From the NCBI GenBank assembly GCA_964016885.1, contig OZ024761.1, positions 3,534,001-3,598,000 on the forward strand: a stretch of DNA of 64,000 nt. The letters run 5' to 3'. Under the pieces are notes generated by a model. That model was not told the origin of the DNA and searched no databases. It saw only the letters and a program-made list of their open reading frames with translations. This document shows positions 1 through 12,234 of this stretch, in pieces; position 1 is the stretch's first letter; each line of letters starts with the position of its first letter. The position numbers were made by a program, and so were the translations under genes. Source of the DNA: Eledone cirrhosa (taxonomy: Eukaryota).

Positions 1-222
1 TAGTACTACTTGATACTGTACATATATAGAGTAGCACAGGACTTACCAATATATACAGTATACTATAGTACTACTAGCTACTGTACATATATAGAGTAGC
101 ACAGGACTTACCAAAATATACAGTATACTATAGTACTACTAGATACTGTACATATATAGAGTAGCACAGGACTTACCAATATATACAGTATACTATAGTA
201 CTACTAGATACTGTACATATAC
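1..222. repeat. 65-bp tandem repeat, ~3.4 copies, truncated by window edge
   Basis: TAGTACTACT recurs at 1, 66, 131 and 196. Confidence 0.9.
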
Positions 223-448
223 AATTTGGAGGGAAAAGGGAGAAATTGACCCCAGTACATTACTGGTACTGTATTTTTATCAATAAAAGGCGAAGGTAAC
301 CTCGGCCCAACAGGTACATAACCAAACCTCCAGGACTTACAAATATATACAGCATAGTACAACTAGGTAGTGTACACACAGAAACATCACTGTACGTGGC
401 CAGGGCACATTGAGCTGTGCTCAGTAATGCAATATAATAATTGTAATA

Positions 449-647
449 CTAATAATAATAGCTTCTACTTTAGGCACAAGGCAAGCAATTTCTTGGGGGG
501 CGGGTCGATTAAATCTACCCCAGTTCATTACTGGTACTTTATCGATCCTCGAAAGGGTGAAAGGCAGAGCTAAGATCTGAACTCAGAACATAACTATGCC
601 TTAGATCATGTTCGACGCTCTACCGGTTACTGTCAATCAACCGCCCT
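449..647 (-). mobile_element. SINE family A (tRNA-like head, tail merging into (TAA)n)
   Basis: Shares GGCACAAGG..CCCAGT..CTGGTACTT..GAAAGGCA..GAACTCAG blocks with the copies at 8756-10034, 55797-55930 and 62595-62720. Confidence 0.75.
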
Positions 648-719
648 AATAATAATAATGATTTCTTTATTAACCACAAATGGTTTACATTAAGAAAACA
701 TTGACAGGACAGAGAGAGA

Positions 720-1102
720 CTGTGTGTGTGTGTGTTCATGTATCTGTGTGTGTGTGTGTCTGTGAGAGTGTGTGTGTGTATGTGTCAGTCTGTGTGTGTG
801 TGTGTGTGTGTCTGTGAGTGTGTGTCTGTGAGTGTGTGTGTATGTGAGTGTGTATGTGAGTGTGTGTGTGTATGTCAGTCTGTGTGTGTATGTCAGTCTG
901 TGTGTGTGTGTGTGTGTCTGTGAGTGTGTGTATCTGTGAGTGTGTGTGTGTCTGTGAGTGTCTGTGTCTGTGTGTGTGTGTGTGTGTGTGTCAGTCTGTG
1001 TATGTGTGTGTGTCTGTGAGTGTGTGTGTGTGTGTGTATGTGTCAGTCTGTGTGTGTGTGTCTGTGAGTCTGTGTGTGTGTGTGTCAGACTGTGTGTGTG
1101 TG
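720..1102. repeat. Imperfect (GT)n microsatellite
   Basis: Direct inspection. Confidence 0.95.
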
Positions 1103-1594
1103 TATATAAACAAATTTTAATAATAATTGATAAAAACCAAAAAATATATTTTGCAAGCTTCACTTTTTTTTTTTTTTTTCCTTTATTTTCAATTGACTTT
1201 AATTTAAATGACAAGAATGGATCTAGAAAGATAAAGTAGGGTGGAGTATAATGGTGGGGGATTGATGGTTGGGGTAGGGACAGTGGCCATCCATAGAGAG
1301 AGAGGGAGTCAGTTTAGAATTACAACAAAAAATGTGCTTAGATGTGAGTGAAAGCTGAACAGAAAGTATGTGTATGTATTATACACACACACACACACAC
1401 ACATCACATATATAAATATATTCACACACACCACATATATATAAATATATACACACACACACACCACATATATATATATCAGGATAGAACCAGTTTAAAA
1501 CTAGTTAGACCATTACGCTGTTGGGTAATGGTCTAAAAAGTTTGGAATTAGCTGTTGAAACGGCAAGAGCTCATCCATCGGGGTCCCGACTCTT

Positions 1595-1626
<32 letters not shown>

Positions 1627-1630
<4 letters not shown>

Positions 1631-1744
1631 AGTTTGATATAGAAATGGCTTCTATGGAACTAAAACTGTTTCATTCAGAAAAAAATCCTCTTCTGAATGA
1701 AACAATTCTAGTCCTGAAGAAGCCATTTTTATATCAAACTTGAT
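1627..1744. repeat. Imperfect palindrome with 54-bp arms and a 10-nt loop
   Basis: 1627-1680 is the reverse complement of 1691-1744 with several mismatches. Confidence 0.85.
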
Positions 1745-2025
1745 GTTTACACTCTACTAATGTATTGAGTACCTTCCTAACTGTGGTTTCTCCCGACTGA
1801 ACCCAACACCCACATACACAGCCACACACATTATATAGTAAATTAGTTGCTACATATAAATTTCACGTACAAAACAGAAAGAAACAGAAATATTTACAAT
1901 AAACATAACAAAAATATTTATTTAAATAAAACAAAATTAAAATATAAATAAAAACTAAATAAAGATAAAAAGGTAAATAAATAAAAAAGAAAAAAACCCC
2001 ACAAATTTAACCAAATTAAACTCTC

Positions 2026-2368
2026 ACATGTGGTGTGTTTATATATGTTAACCATGGTTATACATGTGGTGTGTATATATATATGTTTACCATGGTTATA
2101 CATGTGGTGTGAAAATCTAGCTGTTGAAACGGCCGGAGCTCAGCTGTTGGGGTCATAACTTTTTGTATATATATATTTTTACCATGGTTAAACATGTGGT
2201 ATGTGTATATATATTCATTTTGGTTATACATGTGCTGTGTATATATATATGTTTACCATGGTTAAACATGTGGTATGTGTTTATTTTCATCTTGGTTAAA
2301 CATGTGGTGTGTGTATATATTCATGGTTAAACATGTAGTGTGTGTATATTCATGGTTAAACATGTGGT
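2026..2368. repeat. Degenerate ~31-38-bp tandem repeat (CATGGTTAAACATGTGGTGTGTGTATATATT)
   Basis: About 9 copies, interrupted at ~2112-2165. Confidence 0.8.
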
Positions 2369-3758
2369 ATCAATCTTATTTTTTGTCCAGGAGAGTGGGG
2401 ACTGGTTTTGTAATGTTGAAAAACAAGGGACCAGAATTTAACCCTTTTCATAACAAACTACACCTTGTTTTGTGATATATCATAATTTATGTAAGAACCT
2501 ATGTTAAGTTATGTTCCAAACACCAACAATGTCTTTCATTAGAAATATTGTAACAAAAGGGTTAAAGTGTTTATATTTATCTAAAAAAAACTTCCACCAT
2601 AATTTTATATAAGAAGCTATGTTAAGTTATGTTCCAAACACCAACAGTCTTCAATTAGAAATATGGTAACAAAAGGGTTATATCTAGGACGGGTAAATTT
2701 CCCCGAGATAAGAACCTACTTTAAGTTATGTTCCAAACACCAGCTTGATAATGAGAAAGTTACATTACCAAATCTCTTCAAATTCTTGATTATTTTCAAA
2801 ATTATTTGAAAATCAGACATCTTTCATTAGAAATATGGCAATGGGATATATAGTATATATTTGTGAAAAAATATTGATTGATATTTTGTTATAGATTACC
2901 AATAGTTCAAATCACTGATTCATAGTATGGGGGAGGAGGTAGTGTGTCTGTTTCTTTGATTTCCTATCAATATACTTCGAAAGATAACACACACATGCAC
3001 ACACTCATTCGAAAGGCTTCCTTCCACATTGTGGAATTTGGTAGATATTAAACAGACAAAGTATGGAACAATTTGGAAGTTATGGAAGGCAAGACCTACC
3101 CAAGGTTTCACAGAGTGGGATCAAGCCTGGATACACTTGATTGAGAAATAAACTTCACTATATTGCCACACTCCCATGTATATGTGCATATATGTATATA
3201 TATATACACACACACGGGGAGAGCATCCAGCCAAACAAAGGTCAAGAAGACCATTCATCTGTGTCCAAGATATGACAAACTCTCTAGTGCTGGTACACTC
3301 TGTAGAACATAGCAGTGCTTCAGTACTGATTTGGTTCGTGAAAACCCTTGCTAGAAGGGAAAGCAGACATTAAACGATGATATACATTAACTATATATAT
3401 ATAATCACACACACAGACCCAAGATTTCACTGGTCAAATGACCAATAAGACTTATTCAATATATGATAACCCAAAGGTCAAACCGAAACCATTTTGATGG
3501 TTCCAAACAGTTTCAATTTGACCGATAAGCTTACATGTAAAGAATTATATGTAATATTTAATATTCATTACACATTAGCACACTAGTCAAGATGTTTTAC
3601 TGAGAACAGTTTAGAGAAATACACTGTATACTTGTCGCAGGAATAGACTAAAAGGTTTGACGCTAGGAAGGCCATCTGGCTTTAAAAATGACCCTATGAT
3701 GAGGATAAAACTTGTCATGGGGCCTGTTTTAACAGGGAGAATGGCCTTAACATGCCTG

Positions 3759-3791
<33 letters not shown>

Positions 3792-6276
3792 CATGCACGC
3801 ACATATATACATATATCTATTATATATATGTGTGTGTATATACACATATGTACCATCATTTATATATCAGGATAGAACCAGTTTAAAACTAGTTAGACCC
3901 ATTACTCAACAGAGTACTCAATACTTGGGTAGTAGAGTATGGCTACATTATAAATATATAAACATGCACACGTGTGTATGTATATATATATACATACACA
4001 CACACACACACATAACAGTATGTATGTGTGTGTTGTAGAAATAGCCTGTACATAAAGCTAAATCTATCTTATTTTGCCAACATTCCACAAATTTCTTTCA
4101 AACACCAATAACTGAACTCAATCTCAGGAAATCATTTTGGGGGCTAAAATTAATAAGGAAAGGTCCAGAAGGGTTTTTAGAACAAAATACCTTTGACCGA
4201 CATGATCAATATAAAAACTATTGACCTATAATGGTGGCATTCTACCTGAACTGGGAGGTGGTCTTGGTGGTGTTCTACCTGAACTGGGAAGCTTGGCGTT
4301 GGAAAAGTAACTTTATACAAGTCCAGAATACATTTGTGGATATAAGCGGGCAAAAAATGGGATTCTTCTGATGGGGTTTCTGGAGTAATGTTACTCAATA
4401 GGGTGTGTAGCTCGGAGAGTCACTCCATATAGAGCCTGCTACATCTCCCATCTCAAGAGACCCCAGATCACAGCTCTTGTGCCAAGGACACCTGGGTGGT
4501 TAGAATGTCGAATGTATCACTGGACAGATTTCATCAGCAAAGAAGGTCAAGATAGAGAAGAAGCCCACAGATCCAGCTGGATCATTTGGTGACAGTTGCC
4601 TCCAATAGGACCCTCTAGAACATGTCTGAAGAATCTGCCCAACCCCTCATACGACTTCTCAGGAAAGTAGTAGTAGTCCCAACAATTTTGACTTAAATAT
4701 ATTAACAGTCACCACATGATGCTTTCTTCCTTTCAACTGAAGAAGAAACAGCAATAAATATGAACAGGAAGGATGGAACAATCAAATACATCTTCCCCAG
4801 TGTATCACTGGTATTATATCTAGCATGGTTTTTGTGAGTGAAATGAAAGTCAAAATCGACAACTCCGGGAGGATTTAAACTGAAAATTGTGCGAAACGAA
4901 ATTTAATACAATCTTCAGTCAATTTAGACACACGCGTGTTTATATAATGGTGTTGGTGAGAAATATTACCACGACCACCCATTAGCCTCATGGACCCACT
5001 GTTTAGTGAAATATCACAAGTCAACCGCTATTCCACAATGTGTATAGCATATCAACTCTTTCCTTACTGGATTTCTAATGAAATACATATTTCAATTAAT
5101 TAATGAAGAATTTGGAAGGATTTACTAAAATTATTATTTCATTATCAAGATGGTATTTGTAACAACAAAAAAAGCTTCTTATATCAAATTATATTGGAGG
5201 GTTTTAATATAAATAAGAACCTTTCAAAATGGGTGACTTTATTTAATAGAAGCAGGGTGGTTTTAGGCAGGATTGGCATCTAAAGGGTAAAGAATGCTAA
5301 AGCAACTCAGAGAAATAAAACACAAGAACAACAAACATCTATCAAGACAGTTTGTGAGCCCTACAAAAGCCACAAGACAGTTCATGAGCCCTACAAAGGC
5401 CACAAAAGGCCATTGGTTACCTATGCTGAGATTTATTTGTAAACAATATCCATTCCAACACACATTTTCTCCAAATATTTTGCCATAATAGCTTAGTAGC
5501 TCATCATTTTAAACTATATGACTAGAATTCCTGCCAAAATAGCATAAACACCTCTCAAAAGCTAGGATTGTAGACTCTATATGATCCTTATACATTTATT
5601 AATATATATATATTAATTATTTATAGAAATATAAAAAATATACTGAAGCAAAAACCAAACCAAACAGTGAGTGTGTTTTACTATTTTTGGCAATATTAAA
5701 ACATGGCCCTTCCTTATCTATGCTGGGAAGGGCTGAACACATATATATATATATACATACATATATATATATTGCAGTCAGATGAACAGAACGACCTGTA
5801 ACATCAAAGCCTTTAATTAGAAAATAAAATTTACATTCTACTAGGCAGTAGTGATGAATCAATGAAATATTTGAATATATACACCCTATATATAGTATAT
5901 AGGATGTTGTCCAAGGGAAAGGCAATAATACAGTGTGGCACCAGTGATGCTACATTTATTCCAGTGGAACAGATTGAAACAACATGAAATAAAGTAACTT
6001 GCTCAAGGTAACAACACACCACATGAAATAAAGTAACTTGCTCAAGGAAACACCACAACCAGTTCTGGAATCAAACTCACAATAATGCCAATAAAAAAAG
6101 ACCAAAAGAAAATTAGTGTTCCCTTTTGTTTTCAATAATTGTTATCCTTGTGATCATTTCTGTGCACTCCCAACCATGTACTGGCACTTGATACATGGAC
6201 AGTGTTGCAGTCTGTCATACAGATGAAACAGACTGCAACATTGGGCAGAGAGCAACTGCTAGTACAAGAGAGAGGG

Positions 6277-6311
<35 letters not shown>

Positions 6312-6952
6312 AAAAATGAAATTTAAAAACACCATAGATAATAATAATGAAATTATTGTGTACAGTGCTCAGGTGCACTACAACTCATCAAAGGTAAATA
6401 TTTGTAAATGATATAATAGAAAGTATATAGCATGTTGGTCTGTTAGTCATAAAGCTGGCCTTCTATCTCTTTGTTCCTTTAATATATTGTATGAGTCTGT
6501 GCACGCATTCAGAGGGAGAGAGAGAGGGAGAGAGAGAGAGAGAGTTGCAGCAATTAATAAACCAGATATAAAGATAATTAGCTAGACAGTTATTGATATG
6601 AGACACCATTTCAACATTCATGTTTCCAGGTTTGTGTGGCTTGGATGATTTCATTCCATCTGTGCCTTCATTCATATACACTAACATATATAATGTATGT
6701 GTGTGTGTATATATATACACACACACATACATGTACATGCAAGCTGAAACCACCTGGCCGTGCTGTTGGGTTATACACCCCAACTCATTCAGTCTGTTAT
6801 ATAAAGATATGTCACTGTTGTAACTAATCATACTTAACTTCTAAGGACTGAGTACTCTTACCCTTGGGTATTTCTACCAAACTTGTACTACACTAATATA
6901 TATATATATATTATTCAGAATATTAATAAATGAAGACATTCACATAATCAAA

Positions 6953-7024
6953 ATATGTTTTATTATATATATTTCGAAGGTACTGTGCTATTTTTTCAGT
7001 ACGTCCTCGTCAGATAAAATACAT
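6953..7024 (-). ncRNA. Type I minimal hammerhead ribozyme motif (left arm of palindrome)
   Basis: UUUUAU-CUGACGA-helix II (GGACGUACUG/CAGUACCUUC)-GAAA-UAUAUA-UA-AUAAAA; perfect 6-bp helix I. Confidence 0.75.
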
Positions 7025-7123
7025 GAATTGATGTATGACATACCTCAACTGTCTTGATGGTTCAATTCCAGTATTGGCAGAATTGAACCATCAAGACAGT
7101 TGACGTATGTCATACATCAATTC

Positions 7124-7195
7124 ATATATTTCATCTGACGAGGACGTACTGAAAAAATAGCACAGTACCTTCGAAATATATATAATAAAACATAT
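7124..7195 (+). ncRNA. Type I minimal hammerhead ribozyme motif (right arm of palindrome)
   Basis: CTGACGA at 7135-41, 10-bp helix II with one mismatch, GAAA at 7173-76, palindromic helix III TATATA, UH at 7183-84; helix I has 2 mismatches. Confidence 0.7.
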
Positions 7196-7438
7196 TTTGA
7201 TTATGTGAATGTCTTCATTTATTAATATTCTGAATAATAATAATAACTCCAGAAAATTTTTTCTGTAGAGTGCTTTTAATCTATTGTAAAACTATGTTCA
7301 TTAAGTAATCAATGAACCATATTAATCTTTGGTTATATATATATAGTAGTGTATTTAGCAGTATTTAGTAATAATTACATCATTAAATCCATATAGATTT
7401 TATGTAACATGTCAAAGCCAATATTGATCATAGACAAG

Positions 7439-7782
<344 letters not shown>

Positions 7783-8755
7783 ACAATAGAAAGGTAGAGG
7801 TTAGCAGGAAAATATGGCGGCCAGATGAGACGGAATAGGAGAGGGTGGTGATGGTCTGGAGCTGTAAGGGGTGGTGGTGGTCTGGAGCTGTAAGGAGGGG
7901 GGGGTCTACATCGGATGCAAAGTAGCAGCCACAAGGTGAGAGAAGGTAGAAACAGGTTGAAAATACAATTGTGATATAAACAGTGAGAGAGGGGGAGAGG
8001 AGAGAGAGAGGTAGAGTGGAGGTGAGAGAGGGTGTGAGAGTGAAAGACAGAGATAGAGAGAGAGAGAGAGAGGCAGAAAGGCAGAGTCAGAGAGAGAGAG
8101 TCTGAGAGATAGAGAGAGAGAGAGAGAGAGAGACAGAGTCAGAGAGAGAATTTTAATAAACAAAATTTCTATTTATACATATTTCTTAAGATCCTTGTTG
8201 ATGCAACTGTTTAGGTTGTGAATAGTTTTGATTTTGTTTTGTTTCATGTTTTTTTTTTTTCCATTTTGTTAAAATTTTTTAAGTTTGTCTTGTTGTTGTT
8301 GTTGTTGTAGGACTTGGTAGGTCTTTTAAGCTCCAGATCTTTAAGTTTCATTTCAAATTTTGATTTAATATATATATACATATATATAATATATATATAT
8401 ATATAATATAATATATATATATATATATAATATATATATATATAATATAATATATATAATATATATATTTATATATAATATATATATACTATACTATATA
8501 TATATACTATATTATACATGACATATATATATATATATATTGATATATTGTGTGGGTGTCTGTGTGTGTTACCAGTCTTCTTTCAAAATATTACTAAGAG
8601 CACTATCATTCATATCATTTGTTTTTTGTACTAAATATTGTTAAAATATATCAACATTATGAGAAAGTTATTAAAATGATAAACTGCTGAAGAAAAGGCT
8701 CACCATATTGATAGTAAGAGGTGTAGTAACAGAATAGGAACAATAATGGCTACTA

Positions 8756-10034
8756 TAATTGTTTCTACTTTTGGCACAAGGCCAGCAATTACCCAGTACA
8801 TTACTGGTACTTTATTTTATCAACCCTGTAAGGATGAAAGGCAAAGTTAACCTCGGCAGGATTTGAACTCAGATCAGAAAGGGGCGTAACTGTGCTACAA
8901 AGCATGTTGTCCGACCCTCTACCGATACTGCCAAACCACCACCCTTATAATGGCTACTATAATAATGGTTTATTAACTATAAGAATACTAATAATGGTTT
9001 CTGGTTTAGACACAAGGCCAACAATTTGTGTAGAGGGAGAGGGAAAGCTTGAATACACTGTCCCCAAGTACATGACTGGTGCTTTTAACAACTCTGGTAA
9101 GATGAAAGGCAAAGTTAACCTTGGTGGGATTTCAACTCAGAGTGTAGATCAGCAGAACTGCTGTAAATATAAAGCAGTTGATCCCAAACCCTAACGACTC
9201 CACAGATCCACTGCCCTAATGATGATAGTAATAAACACTAATAATAAAGACAGTGAACTGCACATAGCCAAGGCCCAGAGAACCGTGCTCAGTTATGCAG
9301 TGATAGCACACAATGGAAACAAGACTAATGAGAATAATATTCCCAACCTCTCCGATATCCAAAGGATTCATTGGAGAGTTAAATGTGATGTTGTGATGAT
9401 CATTCATTCCTTAAAGTCACAGATTATATAAAGTTGATGTAACTACAGTTGGAAATTAAAACATGGTCACAAAACTCAGTTTACAGGGGATAAGGGCTGG
9501 GGAAACTTACCTCTCTATTCTACAACGCTCACCACAATAATAATAATAATGGTTTCTGGCCAACAATTTTGGGGGGAGAGGAGGGAAGAGGGGGGGGGGG
9601 GCGGAGTCGATTAAATTGACCCCAGTACATTACTGGTACTTTATTTTATCGACCACCCCGTAAAGATGAAAGGCAAAGTTAACCTCGGCGGGATTTGAAC
9701 TCGGAACATAAAGGGCCGTTACTCTATGGCATAAAGCATGTTGGCCAACGCCCTACCAATTACAGCCAATCTACCGCCCTTATCACTACTATAATAATAA
9801 TTTCTTTATTGGTCACATAATAGGTGACGATGGTTTCTAACCCAACACCACAAAGTTAGGAGGGGGGGGGGGGAGGGGACAAACCCCAGTACACACGCTG
9901 TACTTATTTTTATTTATTTTTTATTTTTATCAACCCCCCCAAAAGGGTTAAAGGCAAAGTCAACCCTAGTGGGGAACGGGACACAACTAGGGACGTAACT
10001 AAATACCACAAGGCATTAAGTTCGGCACTCTAGC
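8756..10034 (-). mobile_element. Cluster of four SINE family A copies (approx. 8756-8945, 8988-9216, 9536-9780, 9830-10034)
   Basis: Each carries AAAGGCAAAGT(T/C)AACC and CCCAGTACA/CCAAGTACA blocks; all co-oriented and separated by TAA-rich tracts. Confidence 0.8.
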
Positions 10035-10066
<32 letters not shown>

Positions 10067-10278
10067 TGATATTTCAGGAATAATTTCATGGTGTTTTTTT
10101 TTATTAATAGCATTTTGTTTTTTGTTTTGTTTGTTTTTTTAAATTATACATTTTCCTTGCTATTTTTTCCAATAAACAAGATCTTTATTATTCAACGGAA
10201 CTCCTATGTCAAACTCTACAGAAGCACACAGACTTTAAAATAATGGAGAGGATAAAATAATGAAAAAAAAATAATTGA

Positions 10279-10311
<33 letters not shown>

Positions 10312-10664
10312 TATAATGATAATAATAATAATAGTAGTACAACTGTTGATTAAATGTTATCAAATCTACACATATGGTTCCAGCATAAAAACCAGTTAAT
10401 ATAGTAATATATATGTGTGTATGTATATATATATGTGTGTGTGTGTGTATGTTGTGTTATATATATATATATATTTCTGTACCTATGTGTGTGTGTTTCT
10501 TACAGTAGTGTCGCGATAATATAGAATGGTCCTGCTGTCATCTTGTTCACCAGTCATCTGTCTGTCTGTCTGTCCATCAGTCTATCCGACCAGCCAGCCG
10601 GCTCGTGGTAGCTGTTGCCAAAACACACCCCAAGACCATAAATTGCAGGTAAACAGAATCCACT

Positions 10665-10738
10665 TTAGCGACACTCCCATACTTTCACAGACTGATCCAC
10701 ACTCCCAGATATTACATAAGGAGCCGTCTTGTGCATAT
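10665..10738 (-). CDS. PAFAH1B1: LIS1 last coding exon: (D)[23 protein letters not shown]
   Basis: 74 nt, CAG acceptor, TAA stop at 10667-10665; canonical LIS1 C-terminus VWECR. Confidence 0.98.
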
Positions 10739-11299
10739 CTGAAAACAAAATAAAAACAGTCAATATAAAAAAAACATCACGAAACAGTAAAAATACATAA
10801 AAAACTATCGAAATATATAACGAAAATCAGAAAAAAATATATTTTAAAAATAAACAAGGTTTTTCTGGTTTTTTTTTTGTTTGTTTTGCTTTTTTACCCC
10901 TTTAAGCATTTAAACCGGTCATATCCAGCCAGAATTCTCTCACCTCTTTCTGTTCAAACCGGCCATAACCAGCCACTCATACTGATGTTAAGGTATTGTT
11001 CCCAAAATAAATATCAAAATAGATTCGATATTATGGGAGATAATTATGAGAGATTCAGCTGTTACCATGAACCAAATACATATGTGAAGTTTCTCCACTT
11101 TTAACTTCATCTTCCAGGTGGTAAAATCTTACCTTCAGGTGTTTGAAATTCATGTTATATATAAAACTCATGTGCCACGCTAGATTTGTTGGGGTCATTT
11201 GATATTTCCCTCTCTCTCACAACCAACTTGACAAGATAATAGTCCAACAGCCATCTATGTTCAGACAACATATACATCTGTCTCTCTGTCTGCTTGCCC

Positions 11300-11640
11300 A
11301 TCATCATCATCACTGTTTTACGTCCATTTTTCCACACTAGCATGGGTTAAATGAGTTGTCCTGTTGTGGGCAATTTTAGGTCAGGTGACCATGTCTGGCA
11401 CATGCTGAACTGATTTTGGCTTGCTTTCTACAGCTAACACCAACCACATTTACAGTGTGTGCTGTGTGCTTTTTGCTGTGTCACCTACATGACCACTTTA
11501 CAATGTGTGCTGGGTGCTTTTTGTTGTAACACCTACATGACCACTTTACAGTGTAGACTGGGTGCTTTTTGTCATGCCACCTACACGACTAATTTACAAT
11601 GAGTACTGGGTGCTTTTTGCCGTACACGACCACTTTACTG
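11300..11640 (-). mobile_element. SINE family B / RTE-type 3' end with internal ~40-bp tandem subrepeats
   Basis: (ATC)n-TTTACGTCC..CTAGCATGGGTT matches the RTE 3' end at 16537; GACCACTTTACAGTGT..CTGGGTGCTTTT is repeated. Confidence 0.7.
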
Positions 11641-11789
11641 TCTGTCTATCTAAAGTTATCTATGTATATATACCAAAGTATCTATCTCTGAATAAGAACA
11701 ACAATATACTGAGCAGATGTTTATAATAAAACCAAGGTTTCAGGTGGTTTGGTTTATCAGAAAGATTAAAGCAAGATGAAGCGTCTTAC

Positions 11790-11946
11790 CTAATGATGTA
11801 ACAAAATGTTGATGGGCATTTAAAGTCTTCTGATTACGTTTGTTCTTGATATCCCAGGTTCTGATAGTTTTGTCATCAGATGCACTCAGAATAAATTTTC
11901 CACCGGGATGGAACACCAAGCCACGTACCCAGTTGTCATGGCCGAC
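11790..11946 (-). CDS. PAFAH1B1: LIS1 coding exon 11: [52 protein letters not shown]
   Basis: 157 nt, CAG acceptor, GTAAG donor, phase 0-1. Confidence 0.97.
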
Positions 11947-12234
11947 CTGTGAAAAGGAAATTCAGTTGAAAGTTTCAGAAAATTTAAACCAAAAACTTTG
12001 TAAAAATAGAGACCTCAGTAGAACTACTGTGGTTGAGAGACAAAAATAAAAGAAGAGATAGCAAGGGTCACATTGACAGGAAATCTTTAGTGATAAGTTC
12101 ATATATTAAACATAAACTTAATAGTTTGTTGTTTAATTCAGAGAGAAAGACAAACAGATAGACTTAAGATTATATCAACTTGTAACATCCAGTAATGACT
12201 TAATAGAAAATATTTAAAGAATTTAATTTTTCAA

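Larger units (their letters stand above)
6909..7239. repeat. Near-perfect palindrome with 160-bp arms and an 11-nt loop; probable inverted Penelope pseudo-LTR pair
   Basis: 6909-7068 pairs with 7080-7239; 3 mismatches by eye. Confidence 0.93.

Noticed and set aside
1478-1595. Repeat with an 11-bp hairpin TAGACCATTAC/GTAATGGTCTA (related pieces at ~2115-2160 and ~3866-3935), possibly a decayed minus-strand hammerhead
   Set aside because: Neither CUGANGA nor GAAA is intact in any copy; too degenerate to call.
9216-9431. Short ORFs suggesting a second gene downstream of LIS1
   Set aside because: No recognisable homology or convincing splice sites; lies among SINEs and shares a block with ~395-432.
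10099-10189. Candidate LIS1 poly(A) signals (AATAAA on minus at 10189-84 and 10104-099)
   Set aside because: Such hexamers are abundant in this AT-rich DNA and no clear GU-rich downstream element is visible; cannot assign without transcripts.
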